Positions 31,697 through 41,679 of a stretch of DNA of 64,000 nucleotides are shown one piece after another. A program made the translations under genes and the position numbers. The notes beneath the pieces are model-generated. The model saw only the letters and a list, made by a program, of their open reading frames with translations. It had not been told where the DNA came from and searched no databases. Position 1 is the stretch's first letter. Every line of letters begins with the position of its first letter. The stretch comes from Lachnoclostridium sp. UBA6558 (GTDB lineage: Bacteria; Bacillota; Clostridia; Lachnospirales; Lachnospiraceae): assembly GCA_002434335.1 (NCBI GenBank), contig DJJW01000077.1:19873-83872 (forward strand), read 5' to 3'.

Positions 31697-31988
31697 GCAG
31701 GAAAGCTCCTCAATACCTGCTGGTATTTTACTTGGAGGGGTTCTGACAGACTTTGCGTTTAAACCGTTTATGAGTTCTGGAAATTTACTTACAGCTTTCT
31801 TGGCAGTCTGGTAGAAAGTGGTACGGCAGCGGTATGGCAGTTAGCTTCTTGATAACAGGTATAAACAGGTATATTAGGTACGGTATCAATACTGATGGGA
31901 TATCACAGGAAAGAAGCCCTATATGTGGAAAGTAAAAGAAAATAGCCTATAGATAGAAGTGAATTTTATGATAAGGAGAATAGCCTAT

Positions 31989-32444
31989 ATGATAGATGTG
32001 AAATTTTATGATGAGGTATCGGATGAGAAACTAAAGTTCGCTGTTATTCTGACTAAGACAAAGGACAAATGGGTATTTTGCAAACATAAGGAACGTATGA
32101 CCTATGAAGTTCCGGGAGGGCGAAGAGAACCTGGAGAGAGTATCCTTCATACGGCTATGAGAGAGCTGTACGAAGAAACGGGAGCTCTTTTATTTGACAT
32201 TACCTCTGTCTGCGTTTATTCAGTTGTAAGAAGTGAGGAGACAACAGCCCATGACACGGACAGCAAAGCTGAAACAGATGAAAGCTTTGGCATGCTCTAT
32301 TTTGCTGATATTGAGGAATTTGAAGGTGAGCTTCATAGTGAAATTGAATCCATCTTAATTACCGAAGAGTTGCCTACTAATTGGACATATCCGCTTATTC
32401 AGCCAAAATTATTGGAATATGCAAAACAAGCTGGATTCTTCTAA
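31989..32444 (+). CDS. NUDIX hydrolase
   Basis: Nudix box GGRREPGESILHTAMRELYEETG. Confidence 0.93.
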   Translation: MIDVKFYDEVSDEKLKFAVILTKTKDKWVFCKHKERMTYEVPGGRREPGESILHTAMRELYEETGALLFDITSVCVYSVVRSEETTAHDTDSKAETDESFGMLYFADIEEFEGELHSEIESILITEELPTNWTYPLIQPKLLEYAKQAGFF

Positions 32445-32483
32445 ATAAAATAGTTAATTTTAATTTTATGAAGGAGGCGTTGA

Positions 32484-33209
32484 ATGTATCAGAAGCCGAA
32501 AATGATACTGTTTGATTATGGGCAGACATTAACAAGAGAAGAGAAGTTTAACCCAGTAAGAGGGACACAGGCAATTCTAAAGCTTGCAAAGAGTAATCCC
32601 AATGGTGTTACTGCTCTTCAAATACAGGAACTGGCAGATACATTAAGCAATGAAATTGCAAGTACGCTTATTGGGGATAGCAGAAGCAGAAATCTGCTGG
32701 AAGTAAGCAATTATGCATTTAATCGTTATCTGTATGAATACTTTGAGGTGGAATTTGCAGAAAGCCCAGAGGTTTTGGAACGAATTTTCTGGGATAATGC
32801 AGCACCGGGAAGACCCACAGAGAATATAGAGAAGCTGCTGAAGCATTTACAGGAGATAGGAATACGTACCGGAGTCATAAGCAATATTACTGCCAGTACG
32901 GATACCCTTACAAACAGGCTTAATGAACTCCTTCCGGATAATCATTTCGAATTTATTCTGGCTTCCAGTGACTATATATTTCGTAAGCCTCACAGAAGAA
33001 TCTTTGAAATGGCGCTTGTGAAGGCTAAGCTTTCAGCGGACCAGATATGGTTTTGCGGAGATAATCCCATATGTGATATAGAAGGAGCTTATAATGCGGG
33101 GATGAAACCTGTCTGGTATACGGCTTGTATGTTCGAGGATATTGGAGTTGCTCCCAGTATACCTTATCTTAAAATTGATGATTGGGAAGAATTAATACAT
33201 ATGCTATAA
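32484..33209 (+). CDS. HAD-family hydrolase
   Basis: FDYGQTL, ISN, RKP, CGDNPICD. Confidence 0.9.
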   Translation: MYQKPKMILFDYGQTLTREEKFNPVRGTQAILKLAKSNPNGVTALQIQELADTLSNEIASTLIGDSRSRNLLEVSNYAFNRYLYEYFEVEFAESPEVLERIFWDNAAPGRPTENIEKLLKHLQEIGIRTGVISNITASTDTLTNRLNELLPDNHFEFILASSDYIFRKPHRRIFEMALVKAKLSADQIWFCGDNPICDIEGAYNAGMKPVWYTACMFEDIGVAPSIPYLKIDDWEELIHML

Positions 33210-33324
33210 TAGAAAAAGTTGCGGCTCTTAGGAATTAACCTTTACAGTTTTCAACAGGATAATAGCGCTGCAACCTACACTATTAGATGTATTGCTGCCA
33301 TGGGTGGCTGAATGTGAGGAATAT

Positions 33325-33990
33325 ATGAAGAGACAATGTAGTCTAGATGAAATATCAGACGGTAAATTATACAGTGCCAACGATTTGGTGGAAGCCAGCT
33401 GCAACGGATGTCATGGAAGGGCCTCCTGCTGTCACGGCATGGGGAATTCCATTATTCTGGATCCTTATGATACCTATAGGCTGACAACCGGCCTTAATGT
33501 GTCCTTTGAACAATTATTGGCAGGAAAGCTTGAACTGAATGTGGTAGATGGAATCATACTTCCCAATCTTAAAATGATAGGTGCCAAAGAGCAATGTTCC
33601 TTTCTGGATGAGAGAGGAAAGTGCAGTATTCATAGCTTCAGATCCGGAATATGCAGAATATTTCCTCTTGGAAGGGTTTATGAGAACAACAGCTTTCAGT
33701 ATTTTCTTCAGACCGGTGAATGCAGAAACAGCAGCAGGACTCAGGTAAAGATAAGCAAATGGATAGCCACAGAGGATTTAGAAAGAAATGAGAAATTTCT
33801 TATCAGCTGGCATTATTTTATAAATACTGCAGAAACGGCAGTAAAGAAGGCAGGAGATGAGAAGAGAATCAAAGAAATCAACATGCTTATACTGAATCTC
33901 TTTTATCTTATGAAATATGAGAAGGATTTCGATTTCTATCAGCAATTTGAAGCAAGGCTTTCAAAGGCAAAAGAACTCATTGGAATATAA
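33325..33990 (+). CDS. YkgJ/FliB-like Cys-cluster protein
   Basis: CNGC...CC, CSFL...CSIH..R..ICRIFP. Confidence 0.88.
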   Translation: MKRQCSLDEISDGKLYSANDLVEASCNGCHGRASCCHGMGNSIILDPYDTYRLTTGLNVSFEQLLAGKLELNVVDGIILPNLKMIGAKEQCSFLDERGKCSIHSFRSGICRIFPLGRVYENNSFQYFLQTGECRNSSRTQVKISKWIATEDLERNEKFLISWHYFINTAETAVKKAGDEKRIKEINMLILNLFYLMKYEKDFDFYQQFEARLSKAKELIGI

Positions 33991-34154
33991 TGTTAATACA
34001 GCAGATCTATAACAGACTCCGGTGTTAATAAATCAAACCATATACCAGGCTTATATACCGGCAGAATGTACTCTTGGGATATATTGAACAGGATTAGCGT
34101 AATTAAAGCACCATTAAGGAGTTTTATTACATATAGGTCATAAAGGAGTAGGAC

Positions 34155-35381
34155 ATGGAGAGAAAAGAACTGGTGGAATTATTACAGGAACATAACCAGG
34201 AACATCTATTATGGTACTATGACAGGCTTACAAGTGAAAAACAGGCAAATCTTGCAGCACAGTTGGAGAAGCTGGACTGGAGGCTTTTAAGGCTTTCTGA
34301 AAGTGGAAATGTCAGCCGGAAGAGAGGAGAAATTAAACCTCTTACCGGTTTGAACAGAGAGCAGATAGAAGCAAACCGGGAAGCTTTTGAAAAAGCAGGC
34401 CTTCAGGCTATTCAGCAGAATAAAGCAGGAGCGGTTCTCCTGGCTGGAGGGCAGGGAACCAGGCTTGGCTGCAGCGGACCTAAAGGGAATTATAACATTG
34501 GAGTGACCAGGGAAGTCTATATCTATGAGTTATTATTTGGTAACATTCTTGAAGTAGTCCATAAGACAGCTACCTGGATACCTTTATACATTATGACCAG
34601 TGATAAGACTCATGAGGAAACAACCAAATTCTTAAAGGAACATCAATACTTTGGTTATAATGAAACTTATATCAAGTTCTTTGCCCAGGAGATGAACCCT
34701 TCCGTAGACTATGAAGGAAAACTCCTAATGGAAGCACCGGACAGGCTGTCCCTGTCTCCCAGCGGTAACGGGGGCTGGTTTTCCTCCATGGTAAAGGCAG
34801 GACTGCTGAATGATCTAGAAGCCAGGGGGATTGAATGGCTGAATATATTCGCAGTTGATAATGTACTGCAAAAGATTGCAGATCCTCTGTTCTTAGGAGC
34901 AACGATATGCTCTGGTAAAGCGAGCGGAGCTAAGGTGGTCAGGAAGGCAGAACCCGGTGAACGCATAGGGGTGTTGTGTATGGAAGACAGTAAGCCTTCT
35001 ATTGTGGAATATTATGAAATGACGGAAGCTATGCTGCAGGAGAGAACTCCCTCCGGTGAGTTAAGCTATTCTCTGGGAGTTACCTTAAATTATCTGTTCA
35101 GACTGGATAGGTTAAAGGAGATTTTAAGCAAAGACCTGCCCATACATGTGGCAGAGAAGAAAATACCTTATCTGAACCAGAAAGGGGAATATGTTCAGCC
35201 GGATAAACCCAATGGATACAAATTTGAAGAACTGGCATTGGATTTGATACCCTTATTTGAGGAGTGCCTTCCCTTTGAAGTAAACCGAGAAGAGGAATTC
35301 GCTCCGGTAAAGAATGCTTCAGATGTTGATTCCCCTGAGACTGCAAGAGAACTTCTTAAGAGAAACCATATTGAACTGTAA
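34155..35381 (+). CDS. UDP-N-acetylhexosamine pyrophosphorylase, UDPGP (eukaryote-like UAP) family
   Basis: LLAGGQGTRLG..PKG, PSGNGG, VDN, VEY, KFE, FAPVKNA. Confidence 0.9.
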   Translation: MERKELVELLQEHNQEHLLWYYDRLTSEKQANLAAQLEKLDWRLLRLSESGNVSRKRGEIKPLTGLNREQIEANREAFEKAGLQAIQQNKAGAVLLAGGQGTRLGCSGPKGNYNIGVTREVYIYELLFGNILEVVHKTATWIPLYIMTSDKTHEETTKFLKEHQYFGYNETYIKFFAQEMNPSVDYEGKLLMEAPDRLSLSPSGNGGWFSSMVKAGLLNDLEARGIEWLNIFAVDNVLQKIADPLFLGATICSGKASGAKVVRKAEPGERIGVLCMEDSKPSIVEYYEMTEAMLQERTPSGELSYSLGVTLNYLFRLDRLKEILSKDLPIHVAEKKIPYLNQKGEYVQPDKPNGYKFEELALDLIPLFEECLPFEVNREEEFAPVKNASDVDSPETARELLKRNHIEL

Positions 35382-35730
35382 CGAGTTGGTTATAAAAAAA
35401 CGAACAAATCGCATATACATCTAGCAGAGATATTGTTAAAAAAGAAAATATAGAATAAATCAATATATCAGCTCCAAATTACTGAAAACAGTTGCTAACT
35501 GACTTTCAATGGGGTAATATTACAAATAGTATAAAATATATATTCCGTAAGTATCATACAAGATGTTAGGCTGCTTCTGCAGACTGCTGCAGAGGACATG
35601 ATCAAAAAAGGAGGCTATTATATGAGACGAAGGCATGTTATGAATGCGTAGCATCAGCTATTGCATTTTTAGAAAATAAATTTGTTATAGCTGCTGCTAA
35701 TCCTAAGATTAATATTATTAGGAGGGCGCA

Positions 35731-35997
35731 ATGGGCTATAGGAAAGCAGAACAGATTCTGCCGAATGAAATTATTGAATTGATTCAAAATTACGTAGATG
35801 GGGAATGTATCTACATCCCCAGAAAAGAAAATAACCGACGAGACTGGGGAGAGAATACCAGTATAAGAGAAGAATTAAAAGAACGAAACCATAACATCTA
35901 TCTTGACTATAAAAACGGAATGAAAGGGACAGAGATTGCCGATAAGTATTTTTTGTCCGTTAAGAGTATACAACGTATCATTGGTAAAATGAAATAA
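35731..35997 (+). CDS. CD3324-family Mor-like HTH protein
   Basis: YRKAEQILP...IQNYVDGECIYIP...ERN...LSVKSIQRII. Confidence 0.85.
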   Translation: MGYRKAEQILPNEIIELIQNYVDGECIYIPRKENNRRDWGENTSIREELKERNHNIYLDYKNGMKGTEIADKYFLSVKSIQRIIGKMK

Positions 35998-36240
35998 GTA
36001 ACAGGTGCAGCTACAGATTTTTTGTTGCTGCACCTGTTTTTTTATAAAAAAATTATGAGGTGGAATAAACCTTCTGCCAGTGATATGCTGTTGCAAAAGG
36101 AGGGGTGTTATATGTTATCTCCGCATCATAATACATGGCTTTTTATTTTATCAAAGGCTATGTAGGTTTAATGATCGATTTAATGACAATTAAATAATAT
36201 TTTATCTTAAGTAGCCTTTGCAAATCAGCTTAATAAGGAG

Positions 36241-36792
36241 ATGCAAATGAGCTATTATATGTTACTGCCAAAGGAAGCTTATCGTATTCTTAGAAACTGT
36301 CCCAAATGCGGAAGCAGATCGAGTTTTATCAGTACCAATAATTTCAGGGTAAATGCCAATGGGAACCGTATAGACATCTGGTTAATCTATCAATGTGAAA
36401 AGTGCAGGCATACTTATAACCTTACAATCTATGAGAGAATGAAGCCATCATTCTTAGGAAGAGAAGAATTCAAGGCTTTTTTAGAAAACGATAAGGAACT
36501 TGCGTTAAAGTATGGGCTGGATAAAGGGATTTTTGAGGCTAACAGAGCACAGATAGACACTTCTAAGATACCCTATAGTCTAAAAAAGCTTAAAGAAGAG
36601 AAGGGTGAGTTAGTAATTAAAAATCCTTATGGTCTTAAGCTTAGAACAGACAGGTTGGTGGCAGAGATATTAGAAATCAGCAGGGGTGCTGCCAAAGAGC
36701 TGTTGAAGAAGGAAGATACCAGTATACAGAGTTATTTGGGAGAAGAAACCGTTCTGCTCTTTACTGGAAAGACAGATAGAGATAATGGGTAA
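36241..36792 (+). CDS. DUF1062 domain protein
   Basis: CPKC...FRVNANG..IDIWLIYQCEKC..TYN; RTDRL...ISR. Confidence 0.85.
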   Translation: MQMSYYMLLPKEAYRILRNCPKCGSRSSFISTNNFRVNANGNRIDIWLIYQCEKCRHTYNLTIYERMKPSFLGREEFKAFLENDKELALKYGLDKGIFEANRAQIDTSKIPYSLKKLKEEKGELVIKNPYGLKLRTDRLVAEILEISRGAAKELLKKEDTSIQSYLGEETVLLFTGKTDRDNG

Positions 36793-36817
36793 TGACGGCA
36801 GCAGATATAAAAATGTA

Positions 36818-36866
36818 ACCCCGGAAGAGGAATCGGATTAAGAAAGCTCCTCTTCCGGGGTTGTTT
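36818..36866. terminator. Bidirectional terminator
   Basis: AACCCCGGAAGAGGA...TCCTCTTCCGGGGTT between convergent genes. Confidence 0.8.
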
Positions 36867-36895
36867 TGATACGGTAGCTCTTGGCATATATCCTT

Positions 36896-37603
36896 TTAAT
36901 CATAATAAATGGGCCGGCTGCCATTTATGGTAGTATCAAGAGAATGATTAATAAATGCAATTGCATCCTCCCAGTTTCCCTGTTCTAAATGAGTCCATAA
37001 AGAATAGGTGTTGCGGTAGAGAGCCTCTATTCCATAAAGGGTGCAGAACCGCTCCCATAGAGTTAATACAGGTACTTTAAAAGACTGAAAAATCAACGGC
37101 AGCAGAGTATTACCGGAAACCAGTGCAAGATCATGATGAAAACCAAAGGCTGCCTGAGCTGCCATTTCATTAGAGGTGGCATTCTGTATTTCATTGAGCC
37201 TGTTTTGAAGCAGCACGGCATCCTGCTCAGTGAAATGCGTTCTGCAAAGCTGTACGGCAAGTACTCCAAGAGCAGCACGTACCTCCAAGATGGAGCGAAT
37301 CTCCTCATCACGAAATCGTCCTCCATTATAGTTCATAATGGAAATCAGTGTATCCAGGGTACCATTCTGACGGTAATCAGCGACAAAGGTTCCTACCCTG
37401 GGTCTGATAATCAGAAACCCCTTCTTCTCAAGCTCCGTAATTCCTCCGTTTACCACAGCCCGGCTTACCTGCATGGCTTCTGCAAGCTGACGCTCAGGTG
37501 GAAGCTTTTCACCGATCTTTAATTTACCCGATAAAATCATATGCTCTAACTGTGTAATAAAGAGTTCCTTTAAGGAGGGAGAACATAATTTTGTGAATTC
37601 CAT
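36896..37603 (-). CDS. GntR/FadR-family regulator with FCD domain
   Basis: GEKLPPERQLAEAMQVSR; FHHDLALVSGN. Confidence 0.92.
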   Translation of the reverse strand: MEFTKLCSPSLKELFITQLEHMILSGKLKIGEKLPPERQLAEAMQVSRAVVNGGITELEKKGFLIIRPRVGTFVADYRQNGTLDTLISIMNYNGGRFRDEEIRSILEVRAALGVLAVQLCRTHFTEQDAVLLQNRLNEIQNATSNEMAAQAAFGFHHDLALVSGNTLLPLIFQSFKVPVLTLWERFCTLYGIEALYRNTYSLWTHLEQGNWEDAIAFINHSLDTTINGSRPIYYD

Positions 37604-37625
37604 GACAAATAACCTCCTGTGCCAT

Positions 37626-37799
37626 TGGTATGACCAGATACCAGAATGCTTTTTGAAGTTATTATATTGTATAAAATGATAAAAAGCAATAGTAATATTT
37701 GATAATTATATAAAATAAATACAATAAAAGTTGACTTATAAAAAGGATAATGTTAAAGTTATAACAAAGTATAGGTGCTGAAATGCTCTGGTATGACCA
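37626..37799. promoter_or_regulatory. Two FadR-type operators TGGTATGACCA
   Basis: Identical TGGT-N3-ACCA palindromes at 37626-37636 and 37789-37799 in the divergent intergenic region. Confidence 0.8.
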
Positions 37800-37825
37800 C
37801 AGAGAACGGCAGAGGGAGGAAGCAG

Positions 37826-38497
37826 ATGGAGAATTTCAGAATTCTCGAAATCAAAGAAAGTGTTTTTGCAGATAATGACAGGCAAGCTGGGAAGCTAAGA
37901 AAGGAATTAAAGGAAAAAGGTAAGTTCTTATTAAATCTTATGTCCTCACCGGGTTCCGGTAAGACAACGACTTTGACAAGAACCATTGAGGCCTTAAAGA
38001 ATGAGATGAAGATTGGAATAATGGAAGCAGATATCGACTCAGATGTGGATGCCAGAAGAATATCTGAGACAGGAACCAAAGTTATTCAGCTGCATACCGG
38101 TGGTATGTGTCATTTGGATGCTTCCATGACAAGGCAGGGTCTGGAAGGATTAGGCATAGAAGAGATAGACCTTGCTATTCTTGAAAATGTAGGAAATCTG
38201 GTATGTCCTGCGGAATTTGATACAGGCGCTTCTAAGAATGCTATGATATTAAGCGTTCCCGAAGGAGATGATAAACCCCTTAAATATCCGCTTATGTTTT
38301 CTATATGTCAGGTGCTGTTGATTAATAAAATCGATATGCTGGAACATTTCAACTTCGATCTGGATGCCTGTAAGGAACGTGTAAGGAAGATAAATCCGGA
38401 TATCACCATTATTCCCATCTCCGCCAGAACGGGTGAAGGTATTGCGGAATGGACAGAATGGCTGCGAAAAGAAGTAAGTCATTGGAATTGCAGGTAA
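37826..38497 (+). CDS. hypB: Nickel-incorporation GTPase HypB
   Basis: SSPGSGKTT, GGMCHLDA, ENVGNLVCPA, EGDDKPLKYP, NKID. Confidence 0.95.
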   Translation: MENFRILEIKESVFADNDRQAGKLRKELKEKGKFLLNLMSSPGSGKTTTLTRTIEALKNEMKIGIMEADIDSDVDARRISETGTKVIQLHTGGMCHLDASMTRQGLEGLGIEEIDLAILENVGNLVCPAEFDTGASKNAMILSVPEGDDKPLKYPLMFSICQVLLINKIDMLEHFNFDLDACKERVRKINPDITIIPISARTGEGIAEWTEWLRKEVSHWNCR

Positions 38498-38575
38498 CAG
38501 GGGAACGAATCATCAGGGGATAATAAGGGGATGAAATGATCAAATATGATTCATAAAAGAAAGGGTATACATAAA

Positions 38576-41308
38576 ATGGTCAGAACAATGGTAAACGAGA
38601 AGGTATTAGACTTGGCAAATCATATCAGCCGTAAGAAAAGAGGCTCCAAGAACGAAATCAAAGCAACAGACCCGGAATATCTGATACTGGAGCCGGTTGT
38701 AACGGAAGAGATGGCGGAAGCTGCTCTTTGTATGGAAATCAGAAAAAAGGTAACTGCAAAGGAACTATCTGTATTATGTAATAAAACGGAGGAGAAAACA
38801 AAGGAACTGCTCCTGGAACTTGCTGATGCCGGTGTCTGTTTCGTGAATGAAATAAAGGGGGAAGACTATTTCTGGTATGATACCTGGGTTCCCGGCATTA
38901 TGGAAATGATGGTAAATAATAAGAAGAATGTCGCTAAATACCCTCAGATAGCAGAAGCCTTTGAAGCCTATGGAAGGGTAAGAGGACCAAGAACTGCCGG
39001 AAGTTTCCCGGTGGGTGTGGGCCTTATGAGAGTAATTCCTATTCAGACTGCAATTGATGGAGAGACCAGAAGAGCTTCCTATGAGGAGGTTACAGGGTAT
39101 CTTAATGAGAATAAGATATTTTCCGTATCTGACTGCTCCTGCCGTACAGCAAGAGAGGTTATGGGAGAAGGCTGCGGACATCTGAAAGAGGATATGTGTA
39201 TCCAGATGGGGCATGCGGCAGAGTATTATATTCGTACCGGCAGAGGCAGAGAGATTACCAGAGAGGAAGCCTTTGAAATCATAAAAAGAGCAGAGGAAAA
39301 CGGGCTGATGCATCAGATTCCCAATCTGGATGGCTCCGGTAAGACGCATGCTATCTGCAATTGCTGCGGCTGTTCCTGCCTGGCCTTGCGTACTGCCAGT
39401 ATGTTTATCAATGCAGATATGGTACGTTCCAATTATATCTCCAAGGTAGATAAGGATAAATGCGTGGCCTGTGGAGAATGTGTAAAGCACTGCCCGGTAA
39501 ATGCCCTGCAATTGGGGCAGAAGCTCTGTTCCAAGACTCCCGTAGTTGACGCCATCTTAAGAAAAGATACACCAAGGGATACCCTTTGGGGAGAAGATAG
39601 ATGGAACAAGGATTACCGAATCAACCGTAAGAATGTAGTGGATTCGGGAACCAGTCCCTGTAAGACCGCTTGTCCTGCCCATATAGCCGTACAGGGTTAT
39701 ATTAAGCTGGCAGCCCAGGGAAAATACACGGAAGCCCTGGAACTTATCAAAGAAGAGAATCCTTTCCCGGCAGTATGCGGACGTATCTGCCCCAGAAAGT
39801 GCGAGTCTGCCTGTACCAGAGGTGATATGGATGAACCGGTAGCTATCGATGAAATCAAGAAGTTCGTAGCAGAAATGGATCTGAATAAAGACTATCGGTT
39901 CATTCCAAAGAAGAAGCATGACTATGGCAGAAAGATTGCGGTGGTCGGAGGTGGTCCTTCCGGTCTTTCCTGTGCTTATTATCTGGCAGTGGACGGATAT
40001 CAGGTTACCGTATTTGAGAAAGAGCAGGTGCTGGGTGGTATGCTGACCCTTGGAATCCCCTCCTACCGACTGGAAAAGGAGGTTATCAACGGAGAAATTG
40101 AGATTTTAAAGGAACTTAAAGTGGAATTTAAGACCGGTGTGGAAGTTGGTAAGGATATCTCTCTGGCAGAACTGCGTAAGCAGGGATATGAAGCTTTCTA
40201 TCTTGCAATCGGAGCACAGGCTGGAAGAAAACTGTCCATAGAAGGTGAAGAGGCAGAGGGTGTTATCACGGGAGTTGATTTTCTGCATAATGTTAATCTT
40301 GGAAAACCTTCAGGGATTGAAGGTAAGACGGTAGTAATCGGAGGCGGAAATGTAGCAATCGATGTAGCGAGAACAGCTGCCCGCTCCGGTGCCGCTGAAG
40401 TAACCATGTATTGCCTCGAGAGCAGAAAGGAAATGCCGGCGCTGGAGGAAGAAATCGAAGAAGCGTTGGAAGAAGATATCAATATCATGAATTCCTGGGG
40501 GCCGAAACGTATTGTAACAGAGAACGGAAAAGTTGTGGGAGTAGAATTTAAGAAATGCCTTTCTGTTTTTGATGAGAACAAGAATTTCCGCCCGGTATTC
40601 GAGGAAGAGAATACCCTGGTGGTAGAGGCAGACAGAGTACTGGTGTCAGTAGGTCAGTCCATTCTTTGGGGTGGTTTATTAGAAGGCAGTCAGGTGAAGT
40701 TAAATCCCAATTATACAGTGAAAGCAGATTCCTTTACCCTTCAGACTGACGAAGCGGATGTATTTGCAGGAGGAGATGCCTTAACAGGACCACGTTTTGC
40801 CATTGATGCCATAGCACTTGGCAAAGAAGCTGCTATTTCCATTCATCGCTATGTTCAGCCCGGACAAAGCCTGGTAATCGGGCGTGACAGAAGGGATTAT
40901 CATGAGTTGAACAAAGAAAGTGTAATACTGGAGGGCTATGATACTATACCCAGACAGAGACCGGAGCATAAGAAGGCGGCAAATACAGCTGTTAGAACAG
41001 CCGGAAATACAGCGGCTATTACTGCGGAGCTCTTTTCCGATACCAGAGGAGTTCTTACAGAGGAGCAGATCAGAAAAGAGACAGAGCGCTGTCTTGGCTG
41101 CGGAGCTACCGTAGTAGATGAGTTTCTCTGTGTAGGCTGCGGACAATGTACAACAAAGTGCAAATTTGATGCCATTTCCCTGGAGAGAAAATATGACGGA
41201 GAAGGTGTGGCCTTTGAGAAGCTAAAGCCGGTAGTAATCAAGCAGGTGTTAAAACGCAAAGGTAAGATAGCGGTAAAGAATATCAGAAGAAAGTTTACCA
41301 ATGTATAG
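38576..41308 (+). CDS. Multidomain Fe-S flavoprotein: Cys-rich N-terminal domain, ferredoxin motifs and GltD-like FAD/NAD(P)H domain
   Basis: DCSCR, GCGH..MC, CNCCGCSC; CVACGECVKHCP; PCKTACP...CGRICPRKCESAC; GGGPSG; GGGNVAID; RCLGC; CVGCGQCTTKC. Confidence 0.9.
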   Translation: MVRTMVNEKVLDLANHISRKKRGSKNEIKATDPEYLILEPVVTEEMAEAALCMEIRKKVTAKELSVLCNKTEEKTKELLLELADAGVCFVNEIKGEDYFWYDTWVPGIMEMMVNNKKNVAKYPQIAEAFEAYGRVRGPRTAGSFPVGVGLMRVIPIQTAIDGETRRASYEEVTGYLNENKIFSVSDCSCRTAREVMGEGCGHLKEDMCIQMGHAAEYYIRTGRGREITREEAFEIIKRAEENGLMHQIPNLDGSGKTHAICNCCGCSCLALRTASMFINADMVRSNYISKVDKDKCVACGECVKHCPVNALQLGQKLCSKTPVVDAILRKDTPRDTLWGEDRWNKDYRINRKNVVDSGTSPCKTACPAHIAVQGYIKLAAQGKYTEALELIKEENPFPAVCGRICPRKCESACTRGDMDEPVAIDEIKKFVAEMDLNKDYRFIPKKKHDYGRKIAVVGGGPSGLSCAYYLAVDGYQVTVFEKEQVLGGMLTLGIPSYRLEKEVINGEIEILKELKVEFKTGVEVGKDISLAELRKQGYEAFYLAIGAQAGRKLSIEGEEAEGVITGVDFLHNVNLGKPSGIEGKTVVIGGGNVAIDVARTAARSGAAEVTMYCLESRKEMPALEEEIEEALEEDINIMNSWGPKRIVTENGKVVGVEFKKCLSVFDENKNFRPVFEEENTLVVEADRVLVSVGQSILWGGLLEGSQVKLNPNYTVKADSFTLQTDEADVFAGGDALTGPRFAIDAIALGKEAAISIHRYVQPGQSLVIGRDRRDYHELNKESVILEGYDTIPRQRPEHKKAANTAVRTAGNTAAITAELFSDTRGVLTEEQIRKETERCLGCGATVVDEFLCVGCGQCTTKCKFDAISLERKYDGEGVAFEKLKPVVIKQVLKRKGKIAVKNIRRKFTNV

Positions 41309-41337
41309 TCTTATGCAGGTAAAGGCAGGTGGTAGTT

Positions 41338-41679
41338 GTGCATGAACTGGGAGTTGTAATCGAAGTAGTAAGTACCGTAGAAAGATTTGCCCAGGCTAAC
41401 AATGTAAGCTGCATAGATTCTCTGGTGTTACAGATTGGGGAAATGTCCTCCATGGTGCCGAAATACATTGAAGCAGTATATCCGGCAGCTATAGAGGGAA
41501 CCATTCTGGCGGATACGGAACTGATTATTGAGGTATTGCCTGCCAATGGCATGTGCAGAGCCTGTAAGAAGATATACCATCTCACCGAAACAAAAGGAGT
41601 CTGCCCTTCCTGTGGCAGTAAGAACCCGGAAATCCTAAGCGGCAGAGAGTTTATGATTAAAGAAATCCGATGTGTGTAA
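41338..41679 (+). CDS. hypA: Nickel metallochaperone HypA
   Basis: GTG start giving MHELG (Ni-binding N-terminus); CRAC and CPSC Zn site; SGREF. Confidence 0.93.
   Translation: MHELGVVIEVVSTVERFAQANNVSCIDSLVLQIGEMSSMVPKYIEAVYPAAIEGTILADTELIIEVLPANGMCRACKKIYHLTETKGVCPSCGSKNPEILSGREFMIKEIRCV

Noticed and set aside
38576..41308. [FeFe]-hydrogenase or glutamate synthase small subunit call
   Set aside because: No H-cluster motifs (TSCCP, MPC, ExMxCxxGC) and no gltB; only the GltD-like module is shared
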